From NCBI GenBank assembly GCA_012295275.1, contig CM022677.1, positions 27,156,001 to 27,220,000 of the forward strand: a stretch of DNA of 64,000 nt, in the 5' to 3' direction. The notes beneath the pieces were generated by a model. The model ran no database searches. It saw nothing but the letters and a program-made list of their open reading frames with translations, and had not been told where the DNA came from. Both the position numbers and the translations under genes were made by a program. Shown here piece by piece: positions 58,244 to 64,000 of this stretch; position 1 is the stretch's first letter; each line of letters opens with the position of its first letter. Source of the stretch: Chrysomallon squamiferum (taxonomy: Eukaryota; Animalia; Mollusca).

Positions 58244-58928
58244 TACATGCATACCCATACATTTGCACATACAAATATATAAATAGGTACATACACACAC
58301 CTGTACAAGCATACATATATTACAAAGAAAGGCTTACTTGGATATATACATACATACATATATATATATATATACACACATACAAGACAAACAGACAAAA
58401 ATAAGAGAGAAAGAAAGTGAAAAGGTGAAAAAGAAAGAAAAAGACTGAAAGAAAAATAAAAGGATGGAGAGAAAGAGAGAGAGAGAGACGAGAAGAAAGA
58501 AAATTAAAAGCTGTAGAAAAAATTAATGAAATTATTTACTAAGAATTTTTGTAACTGATAATTCAGTGGTTATTTTAAAAGCAAAACAACAACAACAGCA
58601 ACAACAATAATAATAATAATAATAATGCATGTATGAGTGTGTTTATGTGTGATTGCACATATAAATATATATATATATGTATGTATGTATGTATGTATAT
58701 ATATATGAATGTGTATATGAGTATGTATATGAATGTGTCTATATATATATATGCACATACCTATGTATGTATATAAATAAATAATGTATATATGTACGTA
58801 TGTATGTATTTTTAGTTATACATTTAATTAACAGAAGCTGTTATTTCTTGAAATTAAGGGGAGGTAACTGTTTAGATTTAATTATGTGGTGTACTGAAGG
58901 GTATGCTTTATATATGAATATGTCTGAA

Positions 58929-58962
<34 letters not shown>

Positions 58963-59400
58963 TGTGCATACGTGTGTCTGTATGGAAATTTGTAAATTTG
59001 TAATGCATTGAGGAGTAAGTCAATGCAGTTAAATTAAATTTAATATTCACACAGAAGAAAGGTTAAGCTTAACTGATAACAAGATGTAATTTAATCAATA
59101 ATTGTATATTCTCCATTGTTATTTACAACTTCTTCCCAATGGTCAACAAGTTTTTCAGTGCCTCTGAAACAAACGTTGAATCAATTATGAAATGCAGTGG
59201 CTTATTACTCAACCCAGTATGTAAATTTGTGTCTGTGTGTGTGTATGTATGTATGTATGTATGTATCATTTGTGGGTATATAAACACTTATTTCATTGTT
59301 CTTTTTCCATCTTGTTATCATTTGTATATATATATATATTTCTCTTATTTTATTGTTTTTTTTTTTATCTTGTTCCTTTACTTAGTTTTTCTTTTTATAA

Positions 59401-59486
<86 letters not shown>

Positions 59487-60020
59487 ACATAAACAACACA
59501 AAAATCTCTTCATCCATATTATATTCCACTGTCTGACCCTCGGTCTCTTTGTCTGTCTGTAATCAAATATTATCCATATCATTAAGTTCAAGTAATCAGT
59601 GACAACAGGTGACTAATTAATTTTTCATCATTCACTTAACCTAAGAGAAATCTCACCTGTCGTTTTCACCTGTAATGATTTTTTCCCTTACCTACACTCT
59701 CATGGGCCTCGTTAGCACAGGTGAGTTAACGAGGTAACTGCCAGTAACAGTTTACCTGGAAGACAGGTGGTTATAAGAGAGAGACGGGGTGGGGGGGTTG
59801 TTACTCAGTGTTTAAAGTGTTTATAATGTGACTGTGCAATAAAGGGGCCCTGTTAGGGATTGATAATTCCGTTGTTACCTGTGCCAGGTGAGCTGATGTT
59901 GTTACTGAGTGCTGAGGTATCGACTGATGATGTCATCTTCTTCAAACAGATAATCTGAAATGTTTGATTTCTGTCTAGTTGCAGCCTGCTTTCTTTTGTT
60001 ACAAACTCTTTTCTTCTGCC

Positions 60021-60108
60021 TTATTTATTTATTTATTTGCTTATTTATTTATTTATTTATTTATTTGCTTATTTATTTATTTATTTACTTATTTATTTAT
60101 TTATTTAC

Positions 60109-60147
<39 letters not shown>

Positions 60148-60152
60148 CTTAC

Positions 60153-60211
<59 letters not shown>

Positions 60212-60212
60212 C

Positions 60213-60279
<67 letters not shown>

Positions 60280-60315
60280 TTATTATTATTTATTTTATTA
60301 TTATTATTATTATTA
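60021..60315. repeat. (TATT)n tetranucleotide microsatellite, ~65 units, then (TAT)n
   Basis: Directly visible; gives the FIYL-repeat spurious ORFs. Confidence 0.95.
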
Positions 60316-61249
60316 TATATAAATTTATTTTGTAATAAAAAAAAATTATATATTTTTTTATTTTGTTGTACATTTTATGTTGCTTTTAAAATATTTTTTT
60401 ATTTTCATTTATTATTTTTTTAAATTCATTGTAAATTTTTTTTATCTTTTTTTTTCCATTTTATATTTATTTACTTCAGTTACATAATATATTTATTTGC
60501 TTGTTTTTCTATAATATATTTCTTTTTTGTTTGATCTGATTTTACTTTTTTCTTATTAACTGGATTTTATATTTCAGTTATATGACATCCATTCTTCCTT
60601 CAACATTTAGTTATTTATTTGTAAAATAAAAAACAACTACAACAACAACAAGAATAATAATAAACAAAACAGCCAACAACAGTAGTAACAACAACAACAA
60701 CAACAATAACAGAAACATAACAATTATAGTAATAATAACAGTAATACTACTATTACTACTACTAATAATAGCAACAATAATAAATAAGTACATTTTAAAA
60801 TTACCATTTTTTACCTTATCACTCATCCATCCTGTCCAAATGCATGACCTTTGACCCCCAAAAAGTTCTTTAAAACTTTTGTTCAATCTTTCATTCTTTT
60901 AACCCCTGTATATCACACTGTCCACCCCCCACCCAATTGAAAAAAAAAAATGCCTGGAGTGTTTCAAGTTTAATTCTTCTTTAACCCCAATGTTTCTGCG
61001 TGACCCCTGAAATGTTTTTCCTTTGTTGTTGCTAATGGCAACTTAATTGACTTGTGTGGGGATTACGACACTGATTGACAGGTGGATAACTGTTCTAAAC
61101 TCTCATTGGCTGACAGGCTTTCAGGTGGAGTTCATCAAAAGGGGCCTGTTTGGGGTTAATGAGTTTACTTAATATTCATCATCATATTTTCCATGTGCAT
61201 TGTATCATAATTCTTTTCATTATTATTATTCTAACTGTTGCTGTTCTTG

Positions 61250-61303
<54 letters not shown>

Positions 61304-61612
61304 ACCATTACTATCATCAATGTCATCATTATCATCATCATCATCATCATTTTGGCACTATCATATCAAAATCATTGTTATTATTATTGTTATTGTTATT
61401 GTTGTTATTGTTATTATTATTATATTTTACCATTACATTATTCTGTTATTATTAATATTGTTCTTGGTGTTATTATTATTTTGTTATTATTATTATTATT
61501 ATTATATTATTTTTGTTGTTACTCATAATAGTACTAGTTATTACAACAACAGTACTATTACTACTACTACTACTATTAATAATAATAATAATAGTAGTAA
61601 TAATAATAATAA

Positions 61613-61672
<60 letters not shown>

Positions 61673-63082
61673 TTAATATTAATAATGGTAATAATGATAA
61701 TAGTAATAATTAGAAAACAAAATTAAATGAATTTCCATTAAGGTAATTTAAGAAAATACAAATTCCTACTTAATAATCTGGCTCATTTACTTTTTCATAA
61801 AAACTGTTATTATCATTTATCTCCAATAAAATCTTTATCAGTAATCATTAACGTGAAATTAACAGACAGGTATTTTCAAAGGTTCTCAGGTGCAAAACTC
61901 ACCTGCTGCCAAAGAAAATCTCTATTCACATTAATTAATTTAATCTCCAAATCAAATCTCTTAAAATCACAAGTTGTGCTATTTCTCCTTTTTAACTTGA
62001 ACTCTGGAATAAATTTGCAATCAAGGCTCAGGTTTTTATTTTCATGTTTATGGGTTGGTAAATATTAAAAATGTCTTCCTGCTATTCTACAAGAATAGCT
62101 AGATTTTCCTGACTATCGGTATGTATATAATAAAAAGATATTTCTGTTGTGCTGCAAAAATTATCCATTTTCGTGTCCATGGGTAAGTATATAATAAAAA
62201 TTTCTTTCTGCTGTTCAAAAAGAATAACCCATGCACTGATGACAGTAAGGTTTCTTTTCTTATAATCAAAATCATAGAAAAAAAAAGATAAGAAAAAAAA
62301 AAGGTTTTATGTCAATCTTTCCATCTATTTATTCATTCATCAATCCATTCTTTTATTTATACATTTTTGTCCATCCATCTTTTCTTTTATTTACTGATTC
62401 TTCGAAACTCTTCTTTGTTCATTTATCTAACCATCCATTTACTGTTTTATTCATTCATCTTTCCATTCATTCATCCATCCATCCATCAATCCATTCTTTA
62501 AAGTACATCGGTTTAATTATCTAACCTTTTATTTATTCATACTCCAATTTCTTCTTTATTTATTCTTCTATCCATCCGTTTTTTTTATTTTCCATTTATT
62601 TCATTCTACTGTCCTTTAATTTATTCATTCTTCTGTCCTTTAATTTATTCATTCTTCTCTCAATTTATTCTTTTATTCATCCGTTAATTTGTTCCATCCA
62701 TTCTTTTATTAGTTCTTTGTTGTTGTTTTTTTTGTTGTTTTTTTCATTAATTCTTCCTTTCAGCTTTGGTATCTGTTCTCTCCATTTCCCAAAGTCGAAC
62801 ACAAACATTCCATATTAAGTTCCGAAATTCACCAGATGCTGTTTTACAATAGACTTGATTTTCCTTCCTTCTTTTTTTTTTATTTTTTATTTTTTTTTTT
62901 TTTATTTTCTTTTCATTTTTCTTCTTCTTCTTCTTATTATTTTAATAACACTACATGTCAAGTACTTGATCCAACATTTCTTATCCCGCCCCTCCTTTTT
63001 CCCAACCCCCCCTCCTCCCTCCCACACAAAGAAAACAACATTGTTATTGTTATTATTCCTCCAACGGTCTTTAGATAATACT

Positions 63083-63116
<34 letters not shown>

Positions 63117-63590
63117 CATTTTCTTTTTGTCGAATAATACCTCTATACATCCAGAAGCCATTTCTAATCAGACTGTTCCATTGTCTGCACACGGGGGGGT
63201 GGCAGGTTGGTGAGTCGCGTGGCCGCGTGAGTCAGCGCGCGCCAGGCACACTTTCAGGATTAGCCGATTGCTTATTCATTAGTGTGAAAACCTCACCCCC
63301 GTCACCTGCCCTACGTTGTTCCGCCTGCTTGGTTTCGGTCGCGGATCAGTGACTCCGATGTCGTCTGTTGACACAACAGAAGTTGGCGGCTGCCATATGT
63401 CTAACAATGTATCCATGACAATGGATGGTTATTATTATTACACACTGTTTTCGTGTTATCCTCTGTGACGTAGGAAAGAAAGCTTGACAGTGTTCTCGTT
63501 GTCATGGACACGGCCCAGGCAGAGATTACGACACGAAAGGCTTGCTTGAACCGTTAGAAAAAATTGTCCTAATTTGGGCTGATAAAGATT

Positions 63591-63633
<43 letters not shown>

Positions 63634-63687
63634 TATGATGCTGTTTGTATTTCTGGCATTTGATATGAATGAATGAATGAATGAATG

Positions 63688-63729
<42 letters not shown>

Positions 63730-64000
63730 ACACCACGACAACCATTATCACCACCAACTACAACAATAATATGGTAAAAAAAAATTGTATCAAAACACCA
63801 TGACATTGACTTTACTTTTCTTTAACCTGAAAACATCAACATTAATTAATTCTGGCCTAAATAAAACATTACTAACAAATCTGAATAAATCTTTGCACAA
63901 AATTTCATTTAAATGGGAAAAAAGAAAAGTTAATTTGTTTAGGCCTAAGTATTTGTAAATCACCAATAGCAAAGCAGTGTTATTACTTTATTTTATTTTT

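Noticed and set aside
55915-64000. Expected CELF RRM2 exon (DRKLFVGML...)
   Set aside because: Not found by eye in any frame; presumably beyond the window end, so its absence is not evidence of truncation.

Overview
AT-rich, microsatellite-saturated eukaryotic DNA from an invertebrate animal (mollusc/lophotrochozoan-like; the taxon is an inference). Two spliced genes lie on the + strand. (1) The 3' seven coding exons of phosphoserine aminotransferase (PSAT1/serC family; 181-5234, 5' end outside the window). (2) The first three coding exons (RRM1) of a CELF3-6/bruno-3/unc-75 class RNA-binding protein (ATG 12371, exon 2 at 16093, exon 3 at 52664 after a 36.5-kb intron; the RRM2 exon was not found in the window). 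Nearly all other ORFs in the track are microsatellite artefacts. The most notable observations concern splicing: a 5-copy 46-bp tandem array spanning a PSAT intron/exon junction that creates stop-containing decoy acceptors, a second duplicated PSAT acceptor, a candidate 57-nt in-frame cassette exon in the CELF RRM1-RRM2 linker, and twin identical donors in CELF exon 3. Also seen: a 60-bp dispersed element with a (GT)n(GA)n tail, tRNA B-box-like relics, and clusters of CRE, RFX X-box, E-box and DR1 motifs. No prokaryotic-type system (CRISPR, operon, etc.) is supported. All analysis was by eye; no searches were run.
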